Assembly: GCF_018350175.1 (NCBI RefSeq)
Contig: NC_058368.1
Location: 8,184,001-8,248,000 of the forward strand
Source: Felis catus
Taxonomy: Eukaryota
Direction: 5' to 3'
DNA: 64,000 bases
In this document: in pieces, positions 12,349 to 26,170 of the stretch
Layout of the letters: every line of letters begins with the position of its first letter
Numbering within the stretch: position 1 is the first letter of the stretch
Made by a program: the position numbers and the translations under genes
The notes under the pieces: generated by a model
Databases searched by the model: none
What the model was told of the DNA's origin: nothing
What the model saw: only the letters and a program-made list of their open reading frames with translations

Positions 12349-15074
12349 TGAGAGCTTTCAACAAATATTTGTTTTGCGTATGGCCAGATAGTGATTTCTG
12401 TGTATTTATGGCATCGTTGCTGCGTTTTCTACCCAGTTCGTATAGTAAATGGCTAAGAGCTTGAGCGCTAGAGTTTGGCTGATTGTGTCACTTACTTGTG
12501 AGCTCTGTGCAAGTCCATGGGGACCAGATTTGCTCATTTGTAAAAGGGCAAGTAGTAATGGTATTTACCTTGAAAGGTGGTTGTGCGAATTGAACACATG
12601 TGAGCAGCTCAGCACAGGACTTGGCATGAAGCGACAACTGTTCTTATACGTAAGGGTATGCATTCAACACCTTAAATCAATTAACCTAAGGATGTTAGGC
12701 AGTTGTTGAACTTGGTTCCTTTCTGTGATAGTCTCATGGAATGATGTGGAAGTTCTTAGCAGAATGCTCATCTGTAAGCAGTCTACAGGCTCATGCTGTG
12801 AGGAGGAAGGTCATGAAGCAAAGAGAGTGACCCTGATAAATATAGCCATGACAGAATTCATGCTGACAGGGTTTTGTTGAATCAATCATTCTTGAAAACT
12901 CTACGTGGGACTGGATTTAATTGCAGGGTGTGATAAATGATATACCATGACTTCAGGAAATCTCACAGAAAACAAAAAAACAATAAAACCTCTTATGGTT
13001 GGGAGAACAGTAGTGCAAATATTCCAAACACCAGATCCTCCCCAACTCATGGCTTTGGAATGCATTGAATCAGCAAATTACTTTGTTTTGCTTGATTTAC
13101 TTTAATGGGCAGTGGTAGGGACCCGAGGCAGAGTGGTGAAATGTGGCAGCTTGAGTGTTATTACTGTTTTAAAAATTATTTCATAGTAGTGTTATCAATA
13201 ATTGCTTGTCATGGTTGATTGACATTTTATAATTACATACCCAATAGAAGAGCTGAGAAGGTACTTTGTATGTATTAGAGATAATAATGGTGAGTTTAAA
13301 AGTATCAGAGACATGGTGGGGGGGGGCTTGTTTTAGAAGGAAGGATTCGGGAAGTAGGACTAATTATTTTAGGTAGACTCATTCCATTATTTCAGGTTTC
13401 TAAGAGTGTTGTTTCAATTTGCAGGAAGACTTGAGTTCCGATCACATCTGCTCAATATGTTTTACATACACATTTTTATTCGCTCTCCAGCTGACTGAAT
13501 AAGTGATTTCTTAAAACCCTTCACTCCACCCACAGGTGATTAACATTAGTATCTGGACTGAGTCTACAACGCTTTTCCCAATGTTAGCTGCATACCTGTG
13601 TTCAGTTCTGGATGTGAAGAAGCTTTGACCTGAGGATGGCTGATTCTGAATGAAGGTAGACTGTGCTAGGAGCTGGTCCTACGCTATCTCTACTGGAAAA
13701 CTCTTTAGAGTAACATGTCCTCATCCGCAAAGTCATTGGCGAGTAGACAGTTGTAGCTCCTGTCCTATCACTCTACCACAAAAATAGAATCTCAGGTTCC
13801 TTTAATATGAACGTTATCTAGCTAAAACTATGTCTCTGTCCTAACTGACAAGTTACATGATTCAGTGCTTTGTTTCTATAAACTAAAGTTAGAAACTCAG
13901 AGTGACTCACTTTTCTTTTTTGTGTGCATCTAAGTGTACGAGGAAATCGGGCTGCGTCTGGTGTTGCTTTCTTTAAGAGAGAGAGAGAGGAAAAAAAAGA
14001 TCTGCTCCTTCTCAAGTATCCTTTTTAGGTCAGCAATTTTGAAGGGCAAGACTTATTGGTATCCGAGCGGAAAGGGCTGATACTCTGCTTTATCACGACT
14101 CTCTGTGAGTAGAGTTCTTCCATAGCTGGAGAAAGGAAAACATTTGTTGTGCTAATACTGAATGTGCTTCCTGTGTAAAATAACCTTTAACTCTGCGGAG
14201 ATCCCCCATTTTAATGATCAGGGCCATAGTGGAAATAGAAGGAAATCCAAACCCCGCACTGCGGCCGCGCTCCTCACCGGCAGGTCAAGCTGCAATCTTC
14301 TGCACGACAGAAATGGCTGCGAGGGGGAATGTTCAGCTGGGCTCCTGTTTCTCCTGTCTTAAGACATGACTGCTTTAATTGTTTCAAAGTGGGTGTGACA
14401 TTTTGACCCATTAAGAAGGCTGGGCTACATCAATCAAGGATCGTGAGGTAGACGGACCGGTGGAATCCTCTTACCCATGCGTCTGTCATGGGGATTGCAG
14501 GGACATCTGGTCAACTGTAGAATCAGCTTGCAAACCCCAAGCAAACTGCGGGTTTCTCTACCTCCATATCTCTGTTATAGAAGCACTATGGAGTCCACAG
14601 TGACTGTCCTGGCTGTTGGAACTCTTCTTTTTATGCAGAACTTGAAGTGGGATTTCCTACACTGAACGAGGGGAAAATCCAGCAGTGTTCAACTAGAGAA
14701 ACAAACTTCTGCAGTAATCCAGCTCCTTAAATTCTCTGAGAGCGTGTCTTTGCGCTATGCAAAGAAGGAGGTCAACCTATGCTTTCCAAGCTTCCCTGGC
14801 ACAGTGGCAGTACGGGTCCCACTGCAGGACACAATCGATTGCATTCTGTCTCAGCAAACTCACCTTAATAACTGCATTTGGTATTCCCAGAATGCAGTTA
14901 GCAGTAGATGATCATGAGAGCTTTCCACAGATCGCCCAATGGCACGTCTGTCTCCAAGCTCACTTGCGGATTGTACCTTCTTGAAAAGACGTGCCTACTT
15001 TCAAAAAGACATCTGAGCTGATTGGGAGGGAGAATTTGGAAGTCTTTGCCAGATGGCCTTCCTTTTCTTCTCTC

Positions 15075-15273
15075 TCTTTTTAGTTTACTTGAGAGAGCAA
15101 GAGAGAGCATGTGCATGCATGCACACATGGGGGCAGAGGGGGCGCTGGGAGAGAAAGAGAATCCCAAGCAGGCTCCTGATGCTGGGCTGAATCTCACAAA
15201 CCGTGAGGTCATTACCGGAGCTGAAATCAAGAGCCGGCCCGCTTAATTGACTGGTGAGCCACTCAGGCACCCC
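15075..15273 (-). mobile_element. Can-SINE (diverged)
   Basis: antisense head 'gagccactcaggcacccc' and 'gagaatcccaagcaggctcc'. Confidence 0.8.
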
Positions 15274-16099
15274 AGTGGGGACTATTTACATTTCCTTTCC
15301 ATTCTACAGTTTCTCCTTTTTTGTGTCTCTCTCTACCCTTTTTTGTGTACTCTCTCCTTCTCCTTCCCACTTACACCTGCAACTCTCTCGAGCTAGATCC
15401 TCCGATTAATCTTGATTCGTCTTCTCCCTAAGAATCAATGATTTGTCTCAGTCAGTACAGACCAAACCTAATGACACAATACTTGTGTATTTCATATGCC
15501 TTAAACTGCATTGCTGGGTCCCAAAAACTCTAGCTAAGTCTGACATGGGTATGGGGTAGTGGAAGGCAACACCACCTGGTATCTTGATAGGTATTTGGTA
15601 ACTATTAACTCTTGTTTGATATTTGATGTTTGTTGATGGGCTGAGCACTGGTTAGGAACCATGAGAGCCAGGTGCTGTCAGCATTGTGCTACTATTCTGA
15701 TATACACCTTGACAGTCCCTCATCCTCTCTGGGTTTACAACTTGCTGGCTTCCTAAGAAGGAACTGTCCTTTCATGATTCTTGAAATGGGGCAACCATGT
15801 TCCCGGACAGAAGAGTTTAGGGTTATATCACAGGATGTACATGGCCAGAAGAGAAATACTTTTAGACAGGTAGCAATTTCACTTAAGGGTAAATACCTGA
15901 AAGTTTTGTTTTCTGTTATTCTAAGAAATCCAACAAGGGTATATTAGGTAGTCCCGAAATGTAAAGTGTGCCCACATTTCATGCCTGTAGCCAGAAGCTT
16001 TGGGTCTTGACCAGATTGCCTCTTACTCATACACACTTTCCTCTGCTTTTAGAAGTTCTTCAGTGGAGAACTCTGAGAAGTACTATCAGGGGACAGGTA

Positions 16100-17010
16100 T
16101 TCTCCCTTTTAGGTCCTGTTTCTTCTTCTGTCTCTTGGAAGGATCTCCCCTGTGCCCTGCACTTAGACTACCACTGTATCTCTCATTTAGAGATCTCCTC
16201 TGGCCACCAAAAGCCTGTATATCCAGTTGTCTACTTGGGATTTCTTTCTGGATATCTCACACCCAACATGTCTAATGCGGGATGCACGATTCTGCACGCC
16301 CTGCCCCCACCGCCAAATCTGGTGCCCTTAAATGTTCCAAACCTAAGTAAATGCCACTACATTCATTAAATTCCACAAGTTAGAAACCTGTGGCATTCTT
16401 GATACCTTCTGCTGCCTTATTCCCTACAGCCAGTCAATCAAACTGGTAATCACCGACTTCTAAATAGCTCTCAAACCCGCCTTCCCTCCATTTTCAAACT
16501 ACTCTCATCCCTTGTTTTAGCCTCCTTACTGTCCTATGCCACATCCTATTGTGGCCCCTCCATGTGTAAGACCCTGCGTGTTCCCGCCTGTACCCATTTC
16601 TAATATCCTCGTTTCCTGCTCCAGCCACACTGGCCTTCTTTTATTCCCTCATATATACCAGGCTACCTTTTATCATAGTACCTCGCCTATGTTTATTCTT
16701 ACTTCCTCCCTTCTTTACTCAGTTAACTCATCCTTTAGTCCTCAGCTAATTTCTACTTATCACAACCGAAAAGCCTTTTCTGACCTTGCTGACGAGTTCA
16801 AATCTCCTTTATTAGGACCACTTATTTGTCTTTTTGTGGCACTCGCTGAAGCTACAAGTTTTTGTTTCTTTGGTTATTTCACAGATAGGTGCTTCCCCCA
16901 GGACTGGAACTCCTTAAGGACAGGAACCGTATCTGACAGGCATTGTGACCTGACAAGCCCACATCGTAGACACTGTAATAGGTAAATATTCGGTGAATGA
17001 AGGAATAAAA
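16100..17010 (+). mobile_element. L2 3' region (degenerate)
   Basis: 'cacccaacatgtctaa', 'ctccagccacactggcctt', 'actccttaaggacaggaacc..aaatattcggtgaatgaaggaat' L2 terminal motifs. Confidence 0.7.
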
Positions 17011-18636
17011 TAGCTATTTGTTAACAAAGGAATGGGAAGTATTGATAAATGTCATCAATAACGATGAGTTAATACACACAGAAGAATTTTGTGAATCTAA
17101 ACTGTTCAATTATTAAATTCTGTTTGGAGGGAGTAGTTGGGATGTTATTTTTCAAACATTAAGTGTGGATCACTTGAAATATAGTGTGCAGATTTATAAA
17201 GACAAAATGTAAATAAGCATTTGGAGTCAGGTACTTAGATCTTGTAACAGTATTTCCAATCTTTCAATGGTTGCTACACTAGGGCATTCAAACAAAGGAG
17301 CAGTTTTTGTACATATCCATAAACCAGGCTCTCCATATCTCTTAACTATAAAATTACTTTCCTGCATTTGCATGACTTTCGTCCTAAAGAGACAAACTCA
17401 TTTTCACAGTGTTCCCCACTAAAACAAATCTCCTTAAGAATTAATGGCATGACATGGGAATGCCAGCAACAGAAATAACTTTATAATGATACTCCTTTTA
17501 CTTGTAAGACTTAAGACTTCTGTTTAAATGACAATATGAGTCACAACACTAAGTTTAACAAGTAATCTCAATATATACAGGTTTCCAAATAAATTTTCAG
17601 GGGAAGGAGAAATCCTATAAGTTGTCTTTAATAAGTGATTAATCTTTTCTTACTAGTCATTAATTTAGGCATATGTGCAAAAACAAAACACAGATTTCTT
17701 CATGTACATGATACAAAATGATCAGTAGTCATTTGAAAACCATTGGGCACTTACTCTGTTACAATGTTCTGTTGCATTTCACAGGAAAAAATAAAGTATT
17801 ATGTTTTAAGATTATTTTGGGGCCCCAGAATATCTGACTAGAGGATACATTAAGCTAAAAGGGCAATTATTTTTCTCCTATAGCATGAAGTCTAGAGGTA
17901 GGCAATCTAGCGCTCAGTGAGGTTATCAAGGACATGGGTTCCATTTCTCGATTCTTGTTTATGTCACTTCATAATCCCATGACTGCGTTCAAAGGAGGTG
18001 GTGGTGGAAAAAAGTAAGGACAGGCAAAAGTAAAAGGTGGCCTTTTTAAGTGGTCCTCTAAAAAGTGTTTTATCATGAAAGAATCCATATACCCCAAAAA
18101 TTCAAGGTAGGAGAAATAAAAAGGCATTCACATCAAGACACACTGTAGTCAAATGCAGACAAAGAAAAAGTCTTAAAGCAGTCAGGGAGAAAAATACAGA
18201 TTACCCACAAGAGAAAAAACAGACTTATGGTATACTTATCAACAGCAATAGTGGATGCTAGAAGGCAGTGGAATAATATCTTCAAAATGCAGAGAGAAAA
18301 TAATTGACAGCCTAGATTCTCTGCCCAGAAAAACTATCTTTATGAGGGCAAAATGAAAACATTTTCCAACAAACACAATATGAAAGTTTACTATTACTCA
18401 CTAGAGGCATTTCGATAGGACGTACTCCAGGATGAAGAAAACTCATCCCAGAAAGAAGGTCTCAGATCCAAAGCAGATAGCAAAGAAAATAATAAACACA
18501 TGGGTAAATCTAAACAATCACTGTGGTAAACAACAATAGTAATGTTTTAATTATAAGGTCATAAAATTATACAGAACTAAAATGCTGGTAAAAATGGCAC
18601 ATAAATTGAGAGGAGATAATCAGGAATAAGGCATTC

Positions 18637-18835
18637 GGGGGGCACCTGGGTGGCTCAGTCAATTAAGCATCTGATTCTTGCTTTTGGCTCAAGTCATGAT
18701 ATCATGGTTCAAGACATCAGGTCCCACATCAGGCTCTGCCTCACAGCACAGAGCATGCTTGGGATTCTCTCTCTCCCATTCTCTCTGCCCCTTCCCCAGT
18801 CTCTCTCTCAAAATAAATAAATAAACTCAGAAAAA
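18637..18835 (+). mobile_element. Can-SINE inserted in L1
   Basis: TSD aggaataaggcattc on both sides. Confidence 0.9.
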
Positions 18836-18978
18836 AGGAATAAGGCATTCAAAGGTCTGTACTTTGTTCAGGGAGTAAAACACTAACCTCAAGGCTTATT
18901 AAATGACACACATTATTAGTTCCATACTTTATTAAATTATGCATACACATATGTATGCTGAAATTATAGGACACCACA

Positions 18979-19167
18979 GGGGTGCCTGGGTGCCTCAGTC
19001 AGTTAAGCATCTGACTCTTGATTTTGATTCAGGTCATGATCTCACAGTTAGTGGGTATGAACCCCACATCAGGCTCTGTGCTGACAGTGTGGAGCCTGCT
19101 TGGGATTCTCTCTCTGCCCCTCCCTCTTTCTCTCTCTCAAAATAAATAAACTTTAAAAAAATTATTA
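18979..19167 (+). mobile_element. Can-SINE inserted in L1
   Basis: TSD aaattataggacaccac on both sides. Confidence 0.9.
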
Positions 19168-21117
19168 AAATTATAGGACACCACGTACAATATTAAAAAA
19201 ACAAAGTATAAGCTCCAAACTACTAAAGGTAAGAACAGATTAAGAAAAACACAAAACAATAAAAAAATTAAAGAAGAAAAGAATATAGAGAAGGCAGAAC
19301 AATAAAATGCATAATATAAAGTGGTAGAAATGAAATTCAAATAATTAAAATAAGGGTAAGGAAACCAAACTTTTTATCGGATTAGATAAAAAGCAAAATC
19401 TTGCTACATGTTCTTTACATGAGACATATATAAACCAAGTTCATGAAGAGTTACAAGTAAAATCAAACGGCATTACTAGAGACAGGGGTTTATTACCTAC
19501 TAGGGAAGGTCCAAATCAGTAAAAAACATAAGCAATTCTAACAAGATAGCTTCAAAAATGTCAAGCAAAAAATGACAAAACAAGAAAAAGAAATTGACAA
19601 ATACACTAAAATTGAGGTAGACTTTAACGAATCTTGGCCAGAAATTGACAAGAAAAAAAAAATCAGTAATAATATGAATGATTGGACCATCACAATAAAC
19701 AAACCAGGTCTAATAAACATATACAGATGTCCGTACACAATAACACAATAATGTCCATGCACAATAACACAATAGGAACAGTTCTAAAAATTGACAATTT
19801 ACTAGCCTATAAAGTAAGTGTCAACAAATGTTAAAGAATCACTATCATGTAGAACACATTCTCTGACCACAGTGCAATTAATAACAAAAAATAACCAAAA
19901 AACCTTGGAAATTTAAGTATAATTCTAAATTGTTCATGGGTCAAAAAAGAAAGCAAAAAGAAATAAGAAAATTAGAACCAACAGTAACAATTCTGTAGGA
20001 CAGCTTGTGAGATACAGCTAAAGTGGTAGGTGGAGGAAGTGAGTCGCCTTATACTATTTACATTAATAAAAAAAGAAAAGTTCAGATTACAAAAAGAACA
20101 AAAAATCTAAATAGAATGAAGAAAATAATAAAAAGCAAAAATTAATGAAACAAACATTCAGTGGAAAGGATGAACAAAGAAAATGTTGATTCAATGAGAA
20201 GAAAATAAGAAAATTGACAAAACTTTAGCAACTGATGGAGAGAACAGATACAATTTTAAGAATGGAAAAGGAAATAATAAATACAATAGCAATTACACAG
20301 TTAAACTATTACAAGCAATTTCTCAATAAATTTAAAACAAGTACAATAGGCAAAGTTCTGAAAACATAAATTTACAAAACTGGCTTAAGAAATTTAAAAT
20401 CTTACATTTAAAATATCAGGCTTGATATTTAGTTTTACTGCAATTGCACAGCCATTCTGTTTGCCTAGGGCCAGGGTCAGTTCTGATTGATTGATATGAC
20501 CATTCTAATTGGTTGTTAAACAATTTGATTACCACCCAGCCTATAACCATTAATAAAAATTTTCCCACAAAGAAAACACCAGGTCCAGGAAGTTTTATAG
20601 GCAAGTTTACCAAGATTCAAGGAAGAGATAATTCCAATCATTAACTCTTTTAGGGAGTATAAAAGGAAGAACGTCCTCTAACTGATTTTATGGGGCTACT
20701 ATAACTTTATACAAAAACTGGACAAGAAAAAACTATACTCCAACTTCACTCTTCATCATGGATGCAAAAATCTATAATTTTAGCAACTGTATCAAGCGAT
20801 ATATATACAAAGATAATGACCAACTGAGTCTAGTCCAGGAGTAGAAGGTTGTTACACCATTAGAGATTTACTAATGCAATTTACCCCATTAACAGATTAA
20901 AAGAGAAAAATCGTATGGTCATTTCAAAAGAGGTAGAAAAACATTCCAAAAAATGTCACAAGCCATTTACAATAAAAATGAATAAAAAACTTGTAGTCAA
21001 AAAGGAAAAGAACATCCTTAGCCTACCTAATAAAGGGTATCTGCAAAAACACCTCCAACAAACATAATACTCCCCTAAAAAAAAGTTAAAAGCATTTCCT
21101 TTCAAAATAAAGACTAA

Positions 21118-21295
21118 GGGGCACCTGGGTGGTGAGCAACCAACTCTTGATTTCTGCTCAGGTCATGATCCCAGAGTCCTGGGATCAAGCCCTGCAGGGC
21201 TCCGCACTTAAGATTCCCTCTCTCTCTCCTGCCCCTCTCTCCTGCTCATGCACACACACACACTCTCTCTCTTAAAAAAAATAAAAACAACAAAA
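21118..21295 (+). mobile_element. Can-SINE (diverged) inserted in L1
   Basis: head ggggcacctgggtgg, CT/CA body, A tail. Confidence 0.8.
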
Positions 21296-22039
21296 AACCC
21301 CACAAACTAGTACAAAGAGACAAACTATTATCATTCCTAGTTACTTTATGTTTTAGCCATCATAGAGCATCAAGAGAAATAGCAAAGGAGTACAGGGATG
21401 GGAGAGAAAGAGACTAAACTGTCACTATTTACAAATTAAATAATTGTCTATGTAAAACACTCATAGAATCTACCACAAATTATAATAAAAATTTTTATCA
21501 AGATTTCTAGAAATAGGATCAATAAATGAAAGCTAATTGCATTTCTTTATACCAGCAAAAAGTGGCTAGAAATTTTAATTTGAAAAGATACCATTTATAA
21601 TAGCTCAAAAATAAAATATCTAGTAATAAATCTAACAAAAATACTTAAGAAACTTCATGTAGAATACTATAAAATTTACTGAATCAAGAAAAAGACAGGA
21701 ATACCCACTATCATCATTATTTATTCAACATTATTTTGGAGGTTGTAGCAAGTGCAGTAAGGAAAGGAAATAATATAAATTTGGAAAAGGAGAAATTATT
21801 GTTTTCATGATAATAGGATTACATATTTATAGCCCCCAAGATATGCTTTTAAAAAGGAACTACTAGAATTAACAAGATAATTGGCAATGTGGCTGGACAC
21901 AAGATAAATATAACACAGAGACCTATACATATGTAGATAGAAATACAAATGTATGTGTGTGTGCACATTGTTCTCTATATGGTAGAAGGTCTCCTGATTC
22001 ACTTCCATATAAATGTGGGATCTACACAAGTTCTCAACT

Positions 22040-22550
22040 GCACAGTAGTCAATATGACTATAGTCATTGACAATTGTCAAGATGTACAGACTATTATGTA
22101 TGGAAGGATAAATGCCCTCACCTCGTGAGATAACCACGTATTCCACATTCACCAGTTGAGTTGCACGCTTACTATTATCCAGTTGTGCTTCCTCCTAAAC
22201 TTTTTTATGACAGTTGTACTGTTATTAAAACTAAGTGATTTAAATAAATATTACTGAATCTAATAATCATGTGAAAAGAATTAACTGTTTTATGAAAACT
22301 AAGTTGTCTGCTTTAGAAAGACTCAATAAAGGCAACTTACAAACAATGCTGTTGGTTTTGGTGTGAGTTATAAAACATGAGAGGGAAGTTTTAAGATTCT
22401 ATATTTACATTTTTCTACAAGTGTAGCTCTTGACCCACGGTAGAGAAATAAAAAATGCAAACTGTATAGGATGCGTAATGAACGAGGTGGATGCAAGAAA
22501 AATATCATGATGCTGCAGATCAGTGGACCCATACTTAAAGAAAAAGACTT
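22040..22550 (+). mobile_element. Tigger/pogo-family DNA transposon fragment (CENP-B-like HTH remnant)
   Basis: 'atgaaaactaagttgtctgctttagaaagactcaataaaggc' (MKTKLSALERLNKG) and 'atcagtggacccatacttaaagaaaa' (ISGPILKEK). Confidence 0.65.
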
Positions 22551-22552
22551 TT

Positions 22553-22776
22553 GGGGGCGCCTGGGTGGCGCAGTCGGTTAAGCGTCCGACTTCAGCCAGG
22601 TCACGATCTCGCGGTCTGTGAGTTGGAGCCCCGCGTCAGGCTCTGGGCTGATGGCTCAGAGCCTGGAGCCTGTTTCCGATTCTGTGTCTCCCTCTCTCTC
22701 TGCCCCTCCCCCGTTCATGCTCTGTCTCTCTCTGTCCCAAAAATAAATAAACGTTGAAAAAAAAAACATTTAAAAA
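22553..22776 (+). mobile_element. Young felid Can-SINE (SINEC_Fc)
   Basis: near-identical to copies at 3580, 42355, 60586; TSD aaagaaaaagacttt. Confidence 0.92.
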
Positions 22777-22875
22777 AAAGAAAAAGACTTTGTTCTATGT
22801 AACAATATGCATAAATGAACATATGTATGTACATACATACACACATGCATATGGCGTTTTTTCTGGTTAAAATAT

Positions 22876-23785
22876 GTATTGCATTAGTCAGAATAGGCTA
22901 GGTTATGCTGTAGTAAAACCAGAAAGAAAACCCCCCAAACCCCTTAAATCTCAGTGATTTAAAACCACAAAGACCCTTCACTTGGATAGCATCCAGGGCA
23001 ACCATCTTCTACATTATTGCCCAGCAGTCTAGCTACTTTGAAGTCTTTTGGTACTTCCATATCAACAGACACTTCATAATCATCAAGACAGGGAAGATAT
23101 TATGGAGAATCGTGCTACGACTCCTCAATGCTTCCATGCAGAAGTGAAAAATATCATTACCACTCACATTGCCATGGCCAGGATTTGTCACACAGCCATA
23201 TCTAACTTTAAGAGATAAGAAAGTATTATCTTCTTGCATACTTAGAAGTAGAGAGGAACTGGATGTTGTTGAACAGTGATGTCTATCACGCACGTAGTGT
23301 TTTCTAAGACTTCTCAATCTTGCTCACTTAAACACATAACACTGTGACAGACTGTTATTACTGATCAAAATATTCGCTGTCCTTCATGTTGGAATATTAA
23401 TTTCCATCCCAGTGGCACTGTGACTCAGAGGGCCCTTTCCTATAAAAGGATTATGGATGGATCTCTGATACTTTAATGCCAGGGATGAGTGAGTATATGT
23501 CCTGCTCTGGCTTATAAAATGTGAGGCTGGGGATGTGGGACACTTCTTTGTAGAAGCTTTATGAGCCGGGAGATGCTCTACCTTGATTTCCCTCCCGCCA
23601 CTCCAAGGCTGCAGTGTGCTTAGCAGCTACTCTGTTAGCCTGGGTCCCAGAGTAAAGACGAGCTGAACCTGAGCCACTGCCATCTTGTGACCACCATGTA
23701 GTCAGAGCAGGAAGTTGTTACAAACCACTGAGAACTCCGGGTTGTCCCTGCGGCATAATTTACCCTAACCCGACTAAGACGCACA
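22876..23785. mobile_element. Two old MaLR LTR fragments (about 22876-23276 and 23353-23785)
   Basis: 'tagtcagaataggctaggttatgctgtagtaa..aaatctcagtgatttaaaac' and 'tgttacaaaccactgaga..ccctaacccgactaa'. Confidence 0.55.
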
Positions 23786-25549
23786 CCATCCTTATGTTAC
23801 CGGTAAGAATGCTGATGGGAACAGCCAGATAGAAATAAAAATGGAAAACATATTCCATTTGTAATAGTGATAAAAGTACAGAATAGTAAGGCTAAATTCA
23901 ACACGACAGGCTTAAGGCATATGAGGAAAATCGTAAAATATCATTGAAGGATATACGGCATGTAAAGTTTTCCCATAATCACGTACAAATTTAATGTAAT
24001 TCCAACCATAATCCTAATGGGTTCTTTTTAATTAGATAAAAGCATTTTAAAGTTCATGGGGAATACTAGAACTGACCTATAATGTTGCGGCCAGGATTAA
24101 ATGGGCTAAAATACAGGCATAAAAAAATGTCAGCTAGTTTTTCTGTTTGGAAAACTAATGAGATCATTAGAATGGAGAGTCTCAAAATGTATCTTAGTGT
24201 AAATGGGATTTTAATATAGCCTCTAGAGGAAAATAAACTTAAACCCCTCGCTTACTCCGTATTTAAAAATAAATTCCATATGATTTAGAAACAAAGTATG
24301 AAAAATAGCATTTTAGAATAAAATTTGAGAATAAACTCATGAACTAGGGGCTAGGGAAATGTTGTCAACTGAAACAGCCAGGAAGCTGCAAAGGAAAAGA
24401 AACGTTTATTAAAAATGTATAGGTCAAAGATACCAAAACAGAAGAAAAATATTACAGATTATGAGAAATATTTGTGATGAGACAAAGGTCAACGTCTATA
24501 ATATATGAGCACCCACAAATTTATAGGAAGATGAAAAATTCCATAGAAAAATGAGCAAAGGATGAGTGAATCGGCATTTCCAGGAAAGCATATTTAAACA
24601 ATAAATAAATGTGAAAAAAAAATGCCTTATCTTACTAGCAATCAGGAAGAATCAAACTGAAGTAACAATAAGCCATGACTTCTCATTCATCAGATCAACA
24701 GAAATCTGTTGACAGCAATGTGCACTTACACATTCTGAATCACTTTGCGCATCTACTTAAAAAAAGGATGTCTCAGAACAATCCTTTAATAAATATAATG
24801 GTAAAGGAAGAAATTATTTTGTATTGCAATCAGTCATACAGAAGCTACACTATTTTGAAACTTCAGGTTCTCGGAATACATTTTGACAAGACGTTGACTT
24901 ACGTCGCTCTTCGTTATTTTCCCCACCCCGTAAGATCCCTCTCAGCTCCAAAGAATTTTGCAATTACTTACGGTCACTGGACAGTGTTGTTTTGTCGTCT
25001 TGCTTTGTTTTTTAATTTTTACATTTTAATTCCAGTTGCTGAACATAGTGTTATATTAATTTCAGATGTACAATATCATAATTTAACACTTCCATACCAA
25101 ACCCTGTGCTCGTCATGACAAGCGCACTCCTTAATCCCCATCACCTATTTAACCCATTCCCCCTCCTCCCCACAGTTTTTTTTTTTTTTTGTTTGTTCAT
25201 TTTTTACTCCATTACCATTCTGACCCAGGACCTAGTCCTCGTACTCCCGAGAGCCCTACCTGTGCAAGTTCTGAACTCTGGCTACTTATACCTTTTTAGA
25301 TCTGTGCTTTCAATGGCTGTCCACACCTGATTCTTCACCTAGTTTCTCACAGCCCCTACTTTTCCTACTGAACTCCTCACTCCTCTCCCAGTTTGCTGGA
25401 ATCTCTCAGCAGCGTGCTAGGGCCAAGGCGGTCTTAATATTTACTGAAGGAAACAAATCAGACTCAGTGCTAACTGTGCCCTGGGGCTAATTTCACCAGA
25501 CCTTTGAAACCCGCAGCCATTGTTTCTTAAGTCTACTCACTGTGGTGAT

Positions 25550-26170
25550 GGTGTGGAGAATGGACCGGGGAACAGGTGAGGAGAGAGGCAGGCAGGCCAG
25601 CTGAAAGGCTATCAGGATGTGCCCTAATGAAAGGGCTACCAAAGGATACAATCAGCTCCCAAAGGATGGGAATGGAACTTACAGTGTAACAAGGAGAGGC
25701 ACATTTGAAACAAGAAGTGGAACTTTGTGTTACCGATGCTGTGATACCACTCCTGTAAGTACATGCAACGGGGCACAAATCTATTCTCTTTGGACGGGGG
25801 AAAGCAGGACAGCACAAGTCAGGAAAGGCTCCAGAGAGGAAGTGATGCTTGCCCTTGAGACCATGCAACAGAGTCTCCCAGAAAAAGGGGAGGACAGGAG
25901 TACAAGTACAGGGGCATGAAACGTGTGACATTTTCAGAGAATTCCAAGTAACTTAATACGACCAGAGTAAAGGATTTAAGAATGAGGTTGGCAGTCAGAT
26001 CACAGAAGGCCTGTTTGCCATTCTGAAGAGTCTGGAATTAATCCTGGAGGGCAGACAACAGGGAGCTACTGAAGGGCTTGAAGGAGGGAAGTAATAGGTT
26101 TGAATTTGAGGGCACAAAACATCTTTAGCAGCACCATGGAAGACGGTTTGGAACAAGGCAGGAGCTCTTC
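25550..26170 (-). mobile_element. L2 fragments
   Basis: 'aggaaaggctccagagaggaagtgatgctt..', 'cagatcacagaaggcct..gagtctggaattaatcctg..gggagctactgaaggg'. Confidence 0.6.

Larger units (their letters stand above)
18060..21690 (+). mobile_element. Ancient L1 (L1M-type): ORF1 3' half, ORF2 endonuclease and RT remnants, non-coding
   Basis: A-rich; 'gatgctagaaggcagtggaataatatcttcaaa..cagcctaga' (ORF1), 'acattctctgaccacagtgcaatta' (EN, SDH motif), 'aaacaccaggtccagga' (RT); many stops and frameshifts. Confidence 0.85.
21690..24760 (+). mobile_element. Second old L1 ORF2 3' fragment (about 21690-21920 and 23815-24760), split by younger insertions
   Basis: restarts at the ORF2 segment 'ccactatcatcatta..attcaacattattttggagg' already passed at about 21320; resumes at 'caaatttaatgtaattccaa', 'gcaatcaggaagaatcaaactgaa'. 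Confidence 0.6.

Noticed and set aside
11861..12391. 176-aa ORF and the recurring GAPGWRSRLSVRLQPG / ETEHERGRGRE ORFs
   Set aside because: Translations of SINE and microsatellite sequence
13425..13502. Acceptor followed by EDLSSDHICSICF, resembling a RING start
   Set aside because: No further Cys/His ligands, stop soon after, no donor
15130..15148. CTCF-like agggggcgct in a SINE
   Set aside because: The 5' half of the motif (CC) is absent
18060..24760. L1 as a possibly active or domesticated element
   Set aside because: Many stops, frameshifts and nested insertions; no long + strand ORF
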